64,000 bases of DNA from an uncultured Chloroflexia bacterium. GTDB lineage: Bacteria; Chloroflexota; Limnocylindria; Limnocylindrales; CSP1-4. The stretch lies in NCBI GenBank assembly GCA_963746845.1, contig CAVVCZ010000004.1, positions 832,001 through 896,000 on the forward strand, in the 5' to 3' direction. Below, one piece after another: positions 1 through 9,781 of this stretch. Position 1 is the first letter of the stretch. The number at the start of each line of letters is the position of its first letter. Under the pieces are notes generated by a model. It was given only the letters and a program-made list of their open reading frames with translations. It ran no database searches and had not been told where the DNA came from. The position numbers and the translations under genes are program-made.

Positions 1-2253
1 GTCGTCCTCGACGTTGATCTCGGTCTGGGTCTCCTCCTGGATCTTGCGGATCATCGAACCACCCTTGCCGATGATCTCGCGGATCTTCTCGGGGTTGATC
101 TTGATCGTGGTGATGCGCGGCGCGAAGTCGCTCATCTGGCCACGGGACTCGGGCATGACCTCGACCATCTTGTCGAGGATCTGGAGGCGTGCGTCGAGGG
201 CCTGCTTCAGGCCGTCGCGGATGATCGCCTCGTTGATGCCCTGGACCTTGATGTCCATCTGGAGGGCGGTGATCCCGTCGCGGGTCCCGGTGACCTTGAA
301 GTCCATGTCACCGACCGAGTCCTCCTTGCCGAGGATGTCGGTCAGGACGACGAACCGGCCGTCGGGCTCGCTGATCAGGCCCATTGCCGCGCCGGCGACC
401 GGAGCCGTGATCGGGACGCCCGCGTCCATGAGGGCGAGCGTCGAGCCGCACGTCGAGGCCATCGAGGTCGAGCCGTTCGAGGACATGCACTCCGACACGA
501 GCCGGATGACGTACGGGAACTCGTCATGGGGCGGGAGCACCGGAATCAGCGCCCGCTCGGCGAGGTTGCCGTGGCCGATGTCCCGGCGGCTCGGGCCGCG
601 CATGGGCTTGTTCTCGCCCGTGGAATAGGGCGGGAAGTTGTAGTGGTGGATGTACTGCTTCTCGGTCTTCGGGCTGATCGTGTCGATCCGCTGGACGTCC
701 GAGGACGAGCCCAGCGTCGCGATCGTCATGACCTGCGTCTCGCCGCGGGTGAAGAGGCCGGAGCCGTGGGCGCGCGGCAGCAGGCCGACCTCGACCGAGA
801 TCGGGCGGAGCTCCGTCGTCCCGCGTCCGTCCATCCGGATCCCCTCGTCGAGGGCCAGGGCGCGACACGTCTTCTTGAAGACGAGGTTGTAGAGGCTCTT
901 GCTGACGCGGGCCTTGCGGCGCGCGGCATCGAGCTTCGTCTTCGCCTCGTCCTTGGAGGTCCGGTTGGCCCGGACGGAGTCGGCGATGTCGTTCTTCAGC
1001 GTCGCGATCCGGCCCGGCAGGTCGTTCGCGAACCAGATCAGCAGGTTGGCGGTCGCCTCGGCGTCCGGCAGCGCGCGGTGGTTCTGGGTCAGGTCGACCC
1101 CGAAGAACGCCGCGAGCGTGTCGAGCTTGTAGTTCTGGAGGTCCGGATAGCCCTCGCGGGCGATCGTCAGCGTGTCCAGGAACCGGCCCGCATCGTAGTG
1201 CGCGGCGCTCCCGCCCGCCTCCTCGAGGAAGCCGAGGTCGAACGTGACGCTGTGGCCGACGACGAGCGCGTCACCGATGAAGTCGACGGCCTGCCTGGCC
1301 GCCTCCGCCGGCGACGGCGCCTTCGCGACGTCCTTGTCGGTGATGCCGTGCATCTGGTTGCCGAGGATCGGCTGCGACGGCTTGACGAACGTCGACCAGC
1401 GGTCGGTGATCTTGCCGCCCTTGACCTTGACGACGCCGATCTCGAGGAGATCCGACATCTTCGGGTCCGTGCCGGTCGTCTCGACGTCGACGATCGCGAA
1501 CTCGCGCTTGGCGTCGACGGCGGCGACGAAGTCGAGGACCGAGCCCGTGCCCGGCTCGAGCGACGGCGTGAGCTTGGGCTTGCCGACGGCCTCGCGGAGC
1601 TGCTCCTGGATGTCGATGAGCGGCTGGAGCGCGCGGTGGCCGAACAGGATCGCCTCGGCCATGACGTCCTCGGGCAGGAGCTTGGCGCCCGCCTCGACCA
1701 TCATGATCGCGTCGCGCGTGCCGGAGACGATCAGGTCGAGCTCGGACTCCTCGACCTCGCTGTAGGTCGGGTTGACGACGAACTCGCCGTTGATCCGGCC
1801 GATCCGCACGGCGCCCACGGGCCCGGCGAAGGGGATCTCGCTGATCGACAGCGCGGCCGACGCGGCGACGGTCCCGATCACGTCGGGCTCGTTCTCCTGG
1901 TCGGTCGAGAGGACCGTGATGACCAGCTGGATGTCGTCCTTGTACCCCTCGGGGAACAGCGGCCGGATCGGGCGGTCGGTCAGCCGGGCGGCGAGCGTCG
2001 CGGCCTCGGAGGCGCGCGCCTCGCGCTTGATGAAGCCGCCCGGGATCTTGCCCGCGGCGTACATCCGCTCCTCGAACTCGACCGTGAGCGGGAAGAAGTC
2101 GAGGCCCGGGCGCGGGTCGGACCGGTTGGCCGTCCCGAGGACCAGGGTGTCGCCGTAGCGGACGGTGACCGCGCCGCCGGCGAGTCGGGCGAGCTTGCCC
2201 GTCTCGATGGTCAGGGTGCGACCACCGATCTGTGTCTCGAATGTCTGAGACAA
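1..2253 (-). CDS. pnp: Polyribonucleotide nucleotidyltransferase (PNPase) with inserted DEDDh exonuclease domain; 3' end runs off the window
   Basis: Manual translation from TTG at 2253 (SD GAAGGAGG): MSQTFETQIGGRTLTIETGKLARLAGGAVTVRYGDT...DFFPLTVEFEERMYAAGKIPGGFIKRE...RMDGR...HGSGLFTRGETQ...SNGSTSMAS...EDSVGDMDFKV...IIGKGG (KH). No stop codon before base 1, which is why the ORF track missed it. Lies downstream of rpsO. Confidence 0.97.
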   Translation of the reverse strand, partial: MSQTFETQIGGRTLTIETGKLARLAGGAVTVRYGDTLVLGTANRSDPRPGLDFFPLTVEFEERMYAAGKIPGGFIKREARASEAATLAARLTDRPIRPLFPEGYKDDIQLVITVLSTDQENEPDVIGTVAASAALSISEIPFAGPVGAVRIGRINGEFVVNPTYSEVEESELDLIVSGTRDAIMMVEAGAKLLPEDVMAEAILFGHRALQPLIDIQEQLREAVGKPKLTPSLEPGTGSVLDFVAAVDAKREFAIVDVETTGTDPKMSDLLEIGVVKVKGGKITDRWSTFVKPSQPILGNQMHGITDKDVAKAPSPAEAARQAVDFIGDALVVGHSVTFDLGFLEEAGGSAAHYDAGRFLDTLTIAREGYPDLQNYKLDTLAAFFGVDLTQNHRALPDAEATANLLIWFANDLPGRIATLKNDIADSVRANRTSKDEAKTKLDAARRKARVSKSLYNLVFKKTCRALALDEGIRMDGRGTTELRPISVEVGLLPRAHGSGLFTRGETQVMTIATLGSSSDVQRIDTISPKTEKQYIHHYNFPPYSTGENKPMRGPSRRDIGHGNLAERALIPVLPPHDEFPYVIRLVSECMSSNGSTSMASTCGSTLALMDAGVPITAPVAGAAMGLISEPDGRFVVLTDILGKEDSVGDMDFKVTGTRDGITALQMDIKVQGINEAIIRDGLKQALDARLQILDKMVEVMPESRGQMSDFAPRITTIKINPEKIREIIGKGGSMIRKIQEETQTEINVEDD

Positions 2254-2333
2254 GGGAATGTTCCTCCTTCGGTCGTCGAAGGAGGACCTGTGGCGCGCCG
2301 GCTAGCGCGACCAATTCGGCGTCTGACGCGACG

Positions 2334-2356
2334 GGGCCCCGGAATGACCGGGGCCC
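2334..2356 (-). terminator. GC-rich hairpin in the rpsO-pnp intergenic region (terminator or processing stem)
   Basis: GGGCCCCGG-aatga-CCGGGGCCC, a perfect 9-bp stem just past the rpsO stop; no clear U-tract. Confidence 0.45.
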
Positions 2357-2369
2357 ACGGCGGCGGAAC

Positions 2370-2639
2370 CTAGCGGCGGAGTCCGAGCCGTCCGATGACG
2401 GCGCGGTAGCGCGTGTTGTCCTTCTTGATCAGATACGCAAGAAGACGACGGCGCTGGCCGACGAGCTTGAGGAGGCCGCGTCGCGAATGGTTGTCCTTGG
2501 GAAAGCTCCGGAGATGCTCGGTCAGCCCCTTGATCCGCTCCGTCAGGAGCGCGATCTGGACCTCCGGCGAACCGGTGTCACCGTCCTTGGTGGCGTACCC
2601 GGTGATGATCTCCTGCTTTGCTTCCCGCGCGAGCGGCAC
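2370..2639 (-). CDS. rpsO: 30S ribosomal protein S15
   Basis: [13 protein letters not shown]...[23 protein letters not shown]; SD GGAGG upstream. Confidence 0.98.
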   Translation of the reverse strand: MPLAREAKQEIITGYATKDGDTGSPEVQIALLTERIKGLTEHLRSFPKDNHSRRGLLKLVGQRRRLLAYLIKKDNTRYRAVIGRLGLRR

Positions 2640-2691
2640 TCGGTCCTCCGAACACGACTGTTTGACTGATCTGTCCTTCTATGACCGGCGG

Positions 2692-2700
2692 ATGGTAGCA
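2692..2700 (-). promoter_or_regulatory. Extended -10 promoter (TGcTACCAT) upstream of rpsO
   Basis: TGn-TAnnnT pattern; the same pattern recurs upstream of rpsB, rplS and rpmB. Confidence 0.55.
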
Positions 2701-2751
2701 GCACGGTCCGGTGACCGGCAAATGGGCGCGTGCCGTCCTGGGCGGCGTGGA

Positions 2752-3498
2752 CTACTCCGGCGCGCCACCGAATGTGAGGCGGACCGGGCCCTCGGTCGAT
2801 CCCGCCGGCAGCCGGACGCCGTCCGCGCCGACCTCGAGACGAGACGGGGACGTCTCATACGAGCCGGCGGGCGGGAGCGCGACCGGCATCGGGAAGGACA
2901 GGCGGCCGCCTCCGTCGACGACGCCCGTGACGGCATACGGCCGGCCGAGCAGGCGCTCTGCGGCCGCCATGTCCCCGGCTGCGATCGCGGCGCGGATGTC
3001 GGACGAGCGGACCTCGCGCCCGTCGAGCGAGAACGGCGGCACCACGACGACCTCGAACCCGTCGGTCCGGCCGAGCGAGGCGAGCGTCTCCGGCGTGCCG
3101 CCGCGGTCATGTCCGAACGCCGCGTCCGGCGTCATCACGAAGCCCGCGAGCCGGCAGCGATCCTCGATCCCGCGCACGAACGCGTCATACGGCGTGAGCC
3201 TGAGGTCCTCGTCGAAGTGCTCGATCACGACGACCTCCACGCCGAGCGCGGCCAGCCGCTCGAGCCGCTCGGTCGGATCCATCAGGAGCGGCGGCGCATG
3301 GCCGAGCAGCACCGCGTCCGGGTGGGCATCGAAGGTGATCACCGCGGGACGGGCGCCGCGCCCTCGGGCCTCCCGGACCAGGTGGTCGACGAGCCAGGCG
3401 TGGCCCCGATGGAGCCCGTCGAAGACGCCGACCGCGACAAGGAGCGAGCCGTCGTCCGCCGAGAGCTCGCGCCGGCCGTGGACCGTGCGGACGGTCAC
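2752..3498 (-). CDS. ribF: RibF-like FAD synthetase (FMN adenylyltransferase) with a degenerate or truncated riboflavin-kinase module
   Basis: GVFDGLHRGH (HxGH), RSSDIR, LLGRPY; truB-ribF-rpsO synteny; only 248 aa and no PTAN motif. Confidence 0.85.
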   Translation of the reverse strand: MTVRTVHGRRELSADDGSLLVAVGVFDGLHRGHAWLVDHLVREARGRGARPAVITFDAHPDAVLLGHAPPLLMDPTERLERLAALGVEVVVIEHFDEDLRLTPYDAFVRGIEDRCRLAGFVMTPDAAFGHDRGGTPETLASLGRTDGFEVVVVPPFSLDGREVRSSDIRAAIAAGDMAAAERLLGRPYAVTGVVDGGGRLSFPMPVALPPAGSYETSPSRLEVGADGVRLPAGSTEGPVRLTFGGAPE

Positions 3499-3499
3499 G

Positions 3500-4418
3500 T
3501 CAGGACGCCTCGCCGGCGTCGATCAGCACCTTGTCGGGGGCCAGCTTCGTCCCGTCCAGCCGCGCGATCGCGAGCAGCCGGCCGGACCCGTCAACGAGAC
3601 GGATCGGGTCGTCCGGCGCCAGGGTCCCCACGCCCGCCGGGACCCCGATCGGCTGGCCGCGCCCGATCGCCACCACCGCCGCGTCCGGGACCGTGACGGT
3701 GGGAAGGTCCAGTCCGGCATCGATCGGCCGAAGCAGGGCCTCGACCGCCTCCGGGCCATCGGCTGCCGCCACGCGTACGGCGTCGAGATCCGTCGCCTCG
3801 GCGAGCTCGAACGGCCCGCTCGCCGTTCGCACGAGCGCCCCGAGGTACGCGGCGCTGCCGACCGCCTCCCCGAGATCGCGTGCGAGCGAGCGGACATACG
3901 TGCCGGCGGAGCACGTGACGTCGACGATCGCGACCGGCTCGCCGGGCGTCGTCTCGTCCCAGCTCACGAGGTCCAGGGCGTCGATCGTCACCGCGCGTGG
4001 AGCCAGCTCGACCGCCTGACCGGCCCGGGCCAGCGCGTACGCGCGCCGACCGGCCACCTTGATCGCGCTGTACGCCGGCGGACGCTGCTCGATCGGCCCG
4101 CGGAACCGCGCGAACGCCGTCTCGACGGTCTCGCGCGCGGGCGACGGGCCGGTGACGGGCGTCAGCGCCCCCTCGAGATCGTCGGTGGTCGACGAGGCCC
4201 CGAAGCAGACCGTCGCGCGGTAGCGCTTGCGGTCGCCGAGGTGGTACTCGACGAGGCGGGTCGCCTTGCCGAGGAACACCGGTAGGACTCCGCTCGCGAA
4301 CGGATCCAGCGTTCCGCCATGACCGACCCGCTTCGTCGCGCTCAGGCGCCGGACGAGGCCCGACGACGTCGTGGGACGTCGGGCCGACGGGCTTGGCGAC
4401 GACGAGGATGCCGTCCAT
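3500..4418 (-). CDS. truB: tRNA pseudouridine(55) synthase TruB, interrupted by a +1 frameshift near 4357-4361 (likely sequencing error)
   Basis: MDGILVVAKPVGPTSHDVVG continues after removing one base as LVRRLSATKRVGHGGTLDPFASGVLPVFLGKATR...PPAYSAIKV...CSAGTYVRSLARDLG. Confidence 0.92.
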
Positions 4419-4435
4419 GGACGCGGGGCGGACGC

Positions 4436-5452
4436 TCAGCGGCGGACCGCGGCGACGAGCCGCTCCGCCTCTGCGAGCACGACGCGGCGGGCCTCCTCGA
4501 TCGGGAGCACGAGCGTCGCACCCGAGGCGCGGGCGTGGCCGCCGCCGCCGAACAGCCCGGTCAGGACGGTGGCGTCCACCCCACCCGGCTTCGTCCTCAC
4601 GCTCAGCCGGGTCCCGTCACCCGCCTCCTTGAACAGGATCGCGACCTCGGCGTCGTCAGACTGGGCGAGGAGGTCGATGATCCCCTCCGAGTGGGGCGCG
4701 ATCGCCCCGGTCGCGGCGAGGTCGGCGTCGAGCAGGGTCGAGTGGATGATCCGCCCGCCGGCCGCCGTCTCGAGGCGGTCCAGGACCCGCCCGAACAGCC
4801 GGAGCTGCGCGTCCGGCTTGGACCGGTAGAGCAGGCGCGAGATCTCCGCCAGCGGCGCGCCTGCCTCGACGAGCGCCGCGGACACGGCGAGCGTCCGTGG
4901 CGTCGCGTTCGGGTGGGCGAAGGTCGCGGTGTCCATGACGATGCCGGCCATCAGCTCCTCTGCCAGGGCACCGCCGTCCAGGTCGAGCGGCGTGTCGAGC
5001 CGGGCGGCGAGGAGCGTGACCATCTCGCACGTCGCGGCGCTTCCGGGCTCGATCCAGTCGGCGTCGCCGGTCGAGCCGTTCGAGGCGTGGTGGTCGATGA
5101 CGACCCGCGGGAGCCGGGCGAACAGCTCCGGGTGACGCGTCGCCACCGACCCGACACGGTCGAGCGACCCGCAGTCGCTGACGACGAGCAGGTCGTAGTC
5201 GATCGACGGTTCCGGGTCCGTCCGGGCACGGCTCGCACCCGGCAGGAAGTCATACAGCGGCGGCACCGGATCCGCGAACACGGCCGTCGCCATGCCGCCG
5301 CCGCGCTCGACCAGCCGGCAGATCGCGAGCGTCGCGCCGAGCGTGTCCGCGTCCGGGTTCTCGTGGCCCACGGCGAGCACCCGTCGGGCGGCCGTCAGCC
5401 GCTCGACGACGACGGCCGGGACCGTCCCGAGCCAGGGCGAGAGGTCGATCAA
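4436..5452 (-). CDS. nrnA: DHH/DHHA1 bifunctional oligoribonuclease / pAp phosphatase (NrnA-like)
   Basis: HENPDAD, IDHH, DTATF, GGGGHARASG motifs; rbfA-nrnA-truB synteny. Confidence 0.9.
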   Translation of the reverse strand: MIDLSPWLGTVPAVVVERLTAARRVLAVGHENPDADTLGATLAICRLVERGGGMATAVFADPVPPLYDFLPGASRARTDPEPSIDYDLLVVSDCGSLDRVGSVATRHPELFARLPRVVIDHHASNGSTGDADWIEPGSAATCEMVTLLAARLDTPLDLDGGALAEELMAGIVMDTATFAHPNATPRTLAVSAALVEAGAPLAEISRLLYRSKPDAQLRLFGRVLDRLETAAGGRIIHSTLLDADLAATGAIAPHSEGIIDLLAQSDDAEVAILFKEAGDGTRLSVRTKPGGVDATVLTGLFGGGGHARASGATLVLPIEEARRVVLAEAERLVAAVRR

Positions 5453-5985
5453 CGGCGTCGGCGGGTCGTGTCGGCGCCGCGCGCCTTCCGGGGCGCCGCG
5501 CGACGGGCCTGTTCGACCCGCGCCTGGCGAGCCGCTTCGTCCGCGGCCGCGCCGCCGTAGCCCGCGGCCCGTGCAAGCTCGTCGGCCGTGAGCGCCCGCG
5601 GGGTCGGCAAGGTCTCGCCGTCGGGCACGTCGCCGTCGGGCGCATGGCCGGCCTCGAGCTCGTCGAGCAGATGCAGGATCCGGGTTCCGCGCTCGACGGA
5701 CTCGTCGAGCTCGAGATGGAACTGGGGAATCCGCTTCAACCGCAGCCGCTTGCCCAGCTCGTGCCGAACGAAGGGCATCTTCCGGCCCATGGCCACGATC
5801 GTCGCGTGCCGATCGGCGGACGGGCCGATCACGCTGACCAGCACCTTCGCGTGGCGCAGGTCCGGCGTCGTCTCGACGTCGGTGATCGTGGCGAACCCGA
5901 TCTGGGGGTCGTCGACCTCACGAGCCAGGATCTCGCCGATCTCCTGTCGGAACAGCTCGTCGATCCGGTCCGTCCGCTGGGTCAC
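5449..5985 (-). CDS. rbfA: Ribosome-binding factor A, with low-complexity C-terminal extension
   Basis: GTG start at 5985; RTDRIDELFRQEIGEIL...DLRHAKV...RLKRIPQFHLELDESVERG. Confidence 0.93.
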   Translation of the reverse strand: MTQRTDRIDELFRQEIGEILAREVDDPQIGFATITDVETTPDLRHAKVLVSVIGPSADRHATIVAMGRKMPFVRHELGKRLRLKRIPQFHLELDESVERGTRILHLLDELEAGHAPDGDVPDGETLPTPRALTADELARAAGYGGAAADEAARQARVEQARRAAPRKARGADTTRRRR

Positions 5986-6013
5986 GGGGTCTCCGTACGA
6001 CGCGTGCACCGCC

Positions 6014-7918
6014 TCAGGAAGCGAGCACCCGCGACACGGTCTGGGAGACGAAGCATTCGATGATGTCTCCTTCCTCCAGATCGTTGAAGTTCGCGAGGCC
6101 GATGCCACACTCGTAGTTCGTCGCGACCTCGCGAACGTCGTCCCGGAAGCGCCGCAGCGACTCGATCCGGTCGGTCGCCACGACCTTGCCGGCGCGCCAG
6201 ACGCGCGCGCCGCCCCGGACGATCCGGCCATCGGTGACGAAGCAGCCGGCGATGACCGTGCTCTTGCCGACCCGGAAGATCTGGCGAACCTCCGCACGAC
6301 CCTCGACGACCTCGATGATCTCCGGCTCGAGAAGCCCCTGGAGGGCGGCCGAGATGTCATCGGTCAGCTTGTAGATGATGTCGTAGAGGCGGACGTCGAC
6401 ACCCTCGGCCTCGGCGGCGCGGCGGGCGGTCTCGGTGATCTTCGTGTTGAAGCCCACGATGATCGCGTCCGACGCCGACGCCAGCATGATGTCGTTGTCC
6501 GTGATGTCGCCGGCACCCTCGTGGAGGACGTTGATCCGGATCTCGTCCTGGTTCAGCTGATCGAGGGCGTGGGTGATCGCTCCGAGCGAGCCGGACACGT
6601 CCGCCTTGAGGATGATCCGGAGCTCCTTGGCCTGGCCGGCCTGGATCTGCCGGTAGAGGTCCTCGAGCGTCGCGCGGCCGCTGCCCTCGCCGCTCTTCGC
6701 GGCGGCTTCGGCCTGACGCGTCTCGACCACCGCCCGGGCCGCCTTCTCGTCGGCGACGACACGGAGGATGTCACCGGCCTCGGGGACGGCCGACAGGCCG
6801 AGCACGACGACGGCGGACGACGGTCCGGCCTCCTGGAGGCGCTTGCCCTCCTCGTTCTCGAGCGCTCGGACCTTGCCGAACGTCTCGCCGACCACGATGA
6901 CGTCGCCGACGCGGAGGGTGCCGGTCTGGACGATCGCGGTCGCGACCGCGCCGCGGTTCTTGTCGAGCTGGGCCTCGACGATCGTGCCGACGGCGGCCCG
7001 CTTGGGGTTGGCCTTCAGCTCCTGGAGGTCGGCGACGAGCAGGATCATCTCGATCAGCTCGTCGAGCCCGACCCGCGTCCGGGCCGAGACGGGCACGAGC
7101 GGCGTGTCGCCGCCGTAGTCCTCGACGATCACGCCGGCCTCGGACAGCTCGGTCTTCACCCGATCCTGGTTGGCGTCCGCCTTGTCGATCTTGTTGAGGG
7201 CGATGATGATCGGCACCTTCGCCGCCTTGGCGTGGCTGATCGCCTCGAGCGTCTGGGGCATCACGCCGTCATCCGCGGCGACGACGACCACGGCGATGTC
7301 CGTGACCTTCGCCCCGCGGGCGCGCATCGCGGTGAACGCCTCGTGGCCCGGCGTGTCGAGGAACACGACGCGCTTGCCGTCGTGGTCGACCTCGCTCGCG
7401 CCGATGTGCTGGGTGATGCCGCCGCGCTCGCCCGCCGCGACCTCGGTTGTGCGGATCGCGTCGAGCAGGCTCGTCTTGCCGTGGTCGACATGGCCCATGA
7501 CGGTCACGATCGGGGCGCGCGGCACGAGGTCCGCCTCGTCGTCCGCGTCGAACAGGACCTCCTTGGCCGCGGGAGCCGGGGACTGCGTCTCCTCGCCCTC
7601 GACGGCGACGCCGGCTGCGGGGGCGATCGTCTCCGCCACCTCGTAGCCCAGCTCGCCGGCGACGAGTGACGCCGTGTCGCGGTCGATCAGCTGGTTGATG
7701 GTCGCGAAGATGCCGCTCTTGATCAGCTCGCGGATCACGTCCGCGGGATTGACCGCGAGGAGCTCGGCAAGCTCCTTGACGGTGATCGTCGCCGGCAGCT
7801 CGATCGCGCCGCGCTCGCGCGGGTCCAGGACCTGGACCTGCGACTGGGCGCCGCCTTCCCGGCGCGGCGGCTTGCGCGGTCCGCGTCGGCCGCGGGTGCC
7901 GCTCCTACTCCTGGCCAT
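6014..7918 (-). CDS. infB: Translation initiation factor IF-2
   Basis: [39 protein letters not shown]. Confidence 0.98.
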   Translation of the reverse strand: MARSRSGTRGRRGPRKPPRREGGAQSQVQVLDPRERGAIELPATITVKELAELLAVNPADVIRELIKSGIFATINQLIDRDTASLVAGELGYEVAETIAPAAGVAVEGEETQSPAPAAKEVLFDADDEADLVPRAPIVTVMGHVDHGKTSLLDAIRTTEVAAGERGGITQHIGASEVDHDGKRVVFLDTPGHEAFTAMRARGAKVTDIAVVVVAADDGVMPQTLEAISHAKAAKVPIIIALNKIDKADANQDRVKTELSEAGVIVEDYGGDTPLVPVSARTRVGLDELIEMILLVADLQELKANPKRAAVGTIVEAQLDKNRGAVATAIVQTGTLRVGDVIVVGETFGKVRALENEEGKRLQEAGPSSAVVVLGLSAVPEAGDILRVVADEKAARAVVETRQAEAAAKSGEGSGRATLEDLYRQIQAGQAKELRIILKADVSGSLGAITHALDQLNQDEIRINVLHEGAGDITDNDIMLASASDAIIVGFNTKITETARRAAEAEGVDVRLYDIIYKLTDDISAALQGLLEPEIIEVVEGRAEVRQIFRVGKSTVIAGCFVTDGRIVRGGARVWRAGKVVATDRIESLRRFRDDVREVATNYECGIGLANFNDLEEGDIIECFVSQTVSRVLAS

Positions 7919-8225
7919 GGGCTCCTCCTTCGATGTTCAGTGTCGACGGCCCTGCCGCAAGCGTCTCGCGCAGGTCGGACGGGACCGGTGCCGCGAGCGC
8001 GCGCCCGAGGGCGCCCCGCTCGACGGCGCGGGTCCAGCAGACGGCGTCCCGGCAGAGGTAGGCTCCCCTGCCGGCCAGCCGGCCGGTGGTATCGATTCTC
8101 ATGTCACCGTCCGGTGTTCGCACGATCCGGACGAGCTCACGCTTGGGTCGCGCCGTGCGACACGCGACGCACGACCGGGTCGGAACGCGACGTCGAGCCG
8201 GCACCCCCGGCCCGGGAGCAGTCAC
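7905..8225 (-). CDS. ylxR: YlxR/DUF448 (RnpM-like) RNA-binding protein
   Basis: PTRSCVACR...KRELVRIVR...GRGAYLC...C; lies between nusA and infB; GTG start with SD GGAGAG. Confidence 0.9.
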   Translation of the reverse strand: MTAPGPGVPARRRVPTRSCVACRTARPKRELVRIVRTPDGDMRIDTTGRLAGRGAYLCRDAVCWTRAVERGALGRALAAPVPSDLRETLAAGPSTLNIEGGAHGQE

Positions 8226-8275
8226 CTGCTCTCCGAGGTCGGCGGCGGAGCTCCGCGACGCCATCCGCCCGAGGT

Positions 8276-9715
8276 TTACGACGCCACCTCCTTGGCGGGC
8301 GTCTTCCTGGCTCGGGGCTTCTTCGCGGGGGCGGCATCGTCCGTAGCCGGCTCGGCCGCCGCCGACGGCCCTGCCGATGCGGCGTCGGCCGCCCCGGTGC
8401 CGTTCGTGGATGCCTTGACCGCCGGGGCGGCCTTCGTCGCCGTCGTTGTCGTCGCGCTCTTCGTGGCGGTCTTCGTCGCGGTCTTCGTCGCCGCCTTGCG
8501 CGGCTTGGTGGCCTTGACCGCCGGCTCCGCGGTCTCCGCGGCGTCCGCGGCTGGCGCCTCCGGCGCGACGGCGACGGCGACGGCGACCGGCACGGGCCGC
8601 GCCTCGCTCTCCGCTTCCGGGGCCGCGGCGACACGCGTGCCGCCCTCGGTGCCGTTCGTCTCGTCCTCGGCCGCCTTGGCGGCGACGGAGACGTCGCTCC
8701 GGATGTCGATCCGCCAGCCCGTGAGACGCGCGGCGAGCCGGGCGTTCTGGCCCTCGCGGCCGATCGCGAGCGAGAGCATCCGCTCGGGGACCGTGACGTT
8801 CGCGATCCGCTTCTCCTCGTCGATGTCGACGCCGATCACCTGGGCCGGGGACAGCGCATTCGCGACGAAGATGCTCGCGTCGTCGTTCCACGGGATGATG
8901 TCGATCTTCTCGCCACCGAGCTCCGCGACGACGGCCTGCACCCGGGCTCCGCGCTGGCCGACGGTCGCGCCGACCGGATCGAGCCCTTCCTGGCGCGAGG
9001 CGACGGCGACCTTCGAGCGCGAGCCGGGCTCACGCGCGATCGCCTTGATCTCGACCGTCCCGCTGTGGACCTCGGGAACCTCGAGCTCGAACAGCCGCTT
9101 CAGGAAGCCCTTGTGGGTCCGGCTCACGAGGATCTGCGGGCCACGGCTCGACCGACGGACCTCGAGGACGTAGGCCTTGACGTTCTGGCCGATCCGGTAG
9201 TGCTCGACCTGGGACTGCTCGGATGTCGCGAGGACCGCCTCGACGTTGTTGCCGACGTCGAGGATGATCGCCCGCGGCTCCACCCGGTTGACCGTCCCGG
9301 TGATCATCTCCCCTTCGCGGTTCGCGAACTTGTCGAAGACCTGGTCGCGCTCGACCTCGCGGATGCGCTGGAGGACGATCTGCTTCGCCGTCTGGGCGCC
9401 GATCCGGCCGAACACGTCGTCCGGGAGCTCCTCGGTCTCGACGAGGTCGCCCGCCTTCGCGTCCGGCTTGAGCGCCTTCGCCTCGTCGAGCGTGAACTCG
9501 ACGAGCGGGTCCTCGACCTCCTCGACGGCCACGCGAGCGCGGAAAACCCGGATCTTGCCCGTGTCGGCATCGATCCGGACGTGGATGTCCTCGTCACCGG
9601 CGACGCGGCGATAGGCGGACTGGATGCCGTCCTCCACCGCGGCGATCAGCTGCTCGCGGGAGACCTGCTTCTCGGCGTTGAGCTGGAGGAGGGCACCGAC
9701 GAAATCGCGACTCAC
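8276..9715 (-). CDS. nusA: Transcription factor NusA with Ala/Lys/Thr-rich C-terminal tail
   Basis: FGRIGAQTAKQIVLQRIRE, AIAREPGSRSKVAV, LSLAIGREGQNARLAARLTGWRIDI; GTG start with SD GAGGAGG. Confidence 0.97.
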   Translation of the reverse strand: MSRDFVGALLQLNAEKQVSREQLIAAVEDGIQSAYRRVAGDEDIHVRIDADTGKIRVFRARVAVEEVEDPLVEFTLDEAKALKPDAKAGDLVETEELPDDVFGRIGAQTAKQIVLQRIREVERDQVFDKFANREGEMITGTVNRVEPRAIILDVGNNVEAVLATSEQSQVEHYRIGQNVKAYVLEVRRSSRGPQILVSRTHKGFLKRLFELEVPEVHSGTVEIKAIAREPGSRSKVAVASRQEGLDPVGATVGQRGARVQAVVAELGGEKIDIIPWNDDASIFVANALSPAQVIGVDIDEEKRIANVTVPERMLSLAIGREGQNARLAARLTGWRIDIRSDVSVAAKAAEDETNGTEGGTRVAAAPEAESEARPVPVAVAVAVAPEAPAADAAETAEPAVKATKPRKAATKTATKTATKSATTTTATKAAPAVKASTNGTGAADAASAGPSAAAEPATDDAAPAKKPRARKTPAKEVAS

Positions 9716-9754
9716 GGCGCCTCCTCGCTGCTGCCAAGTTCCCGGTGGGCCGAC

Positions 9755-9781
9755 AAAAAGAAACGTGGGGGTCACCCACGT
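9755..9781 (-). promoter_or_regulatory. rimP-leader-like terminator/attenuator hairpin upstream of nusA
   Basis: Minus strand ACGTGGG-tgacc-CCCACGT followed by TTCTTTTT, downstream of a TATACT -10 at 9810-9815; resembles the GTGGG..CCCAC+U-tract leader of rimP-nusA operons. Confidence 0.65.

Noticed and set aside
1030-1500. Intein or mobile intron as the explanation for the pnp insert
   Set aside because: There is no N-terminal Cys/Ser with C-terminal His-Asn splice motif and no LAGLIDADG or HNH motif. The insert has DEDDh motifs and host-like codon usage.
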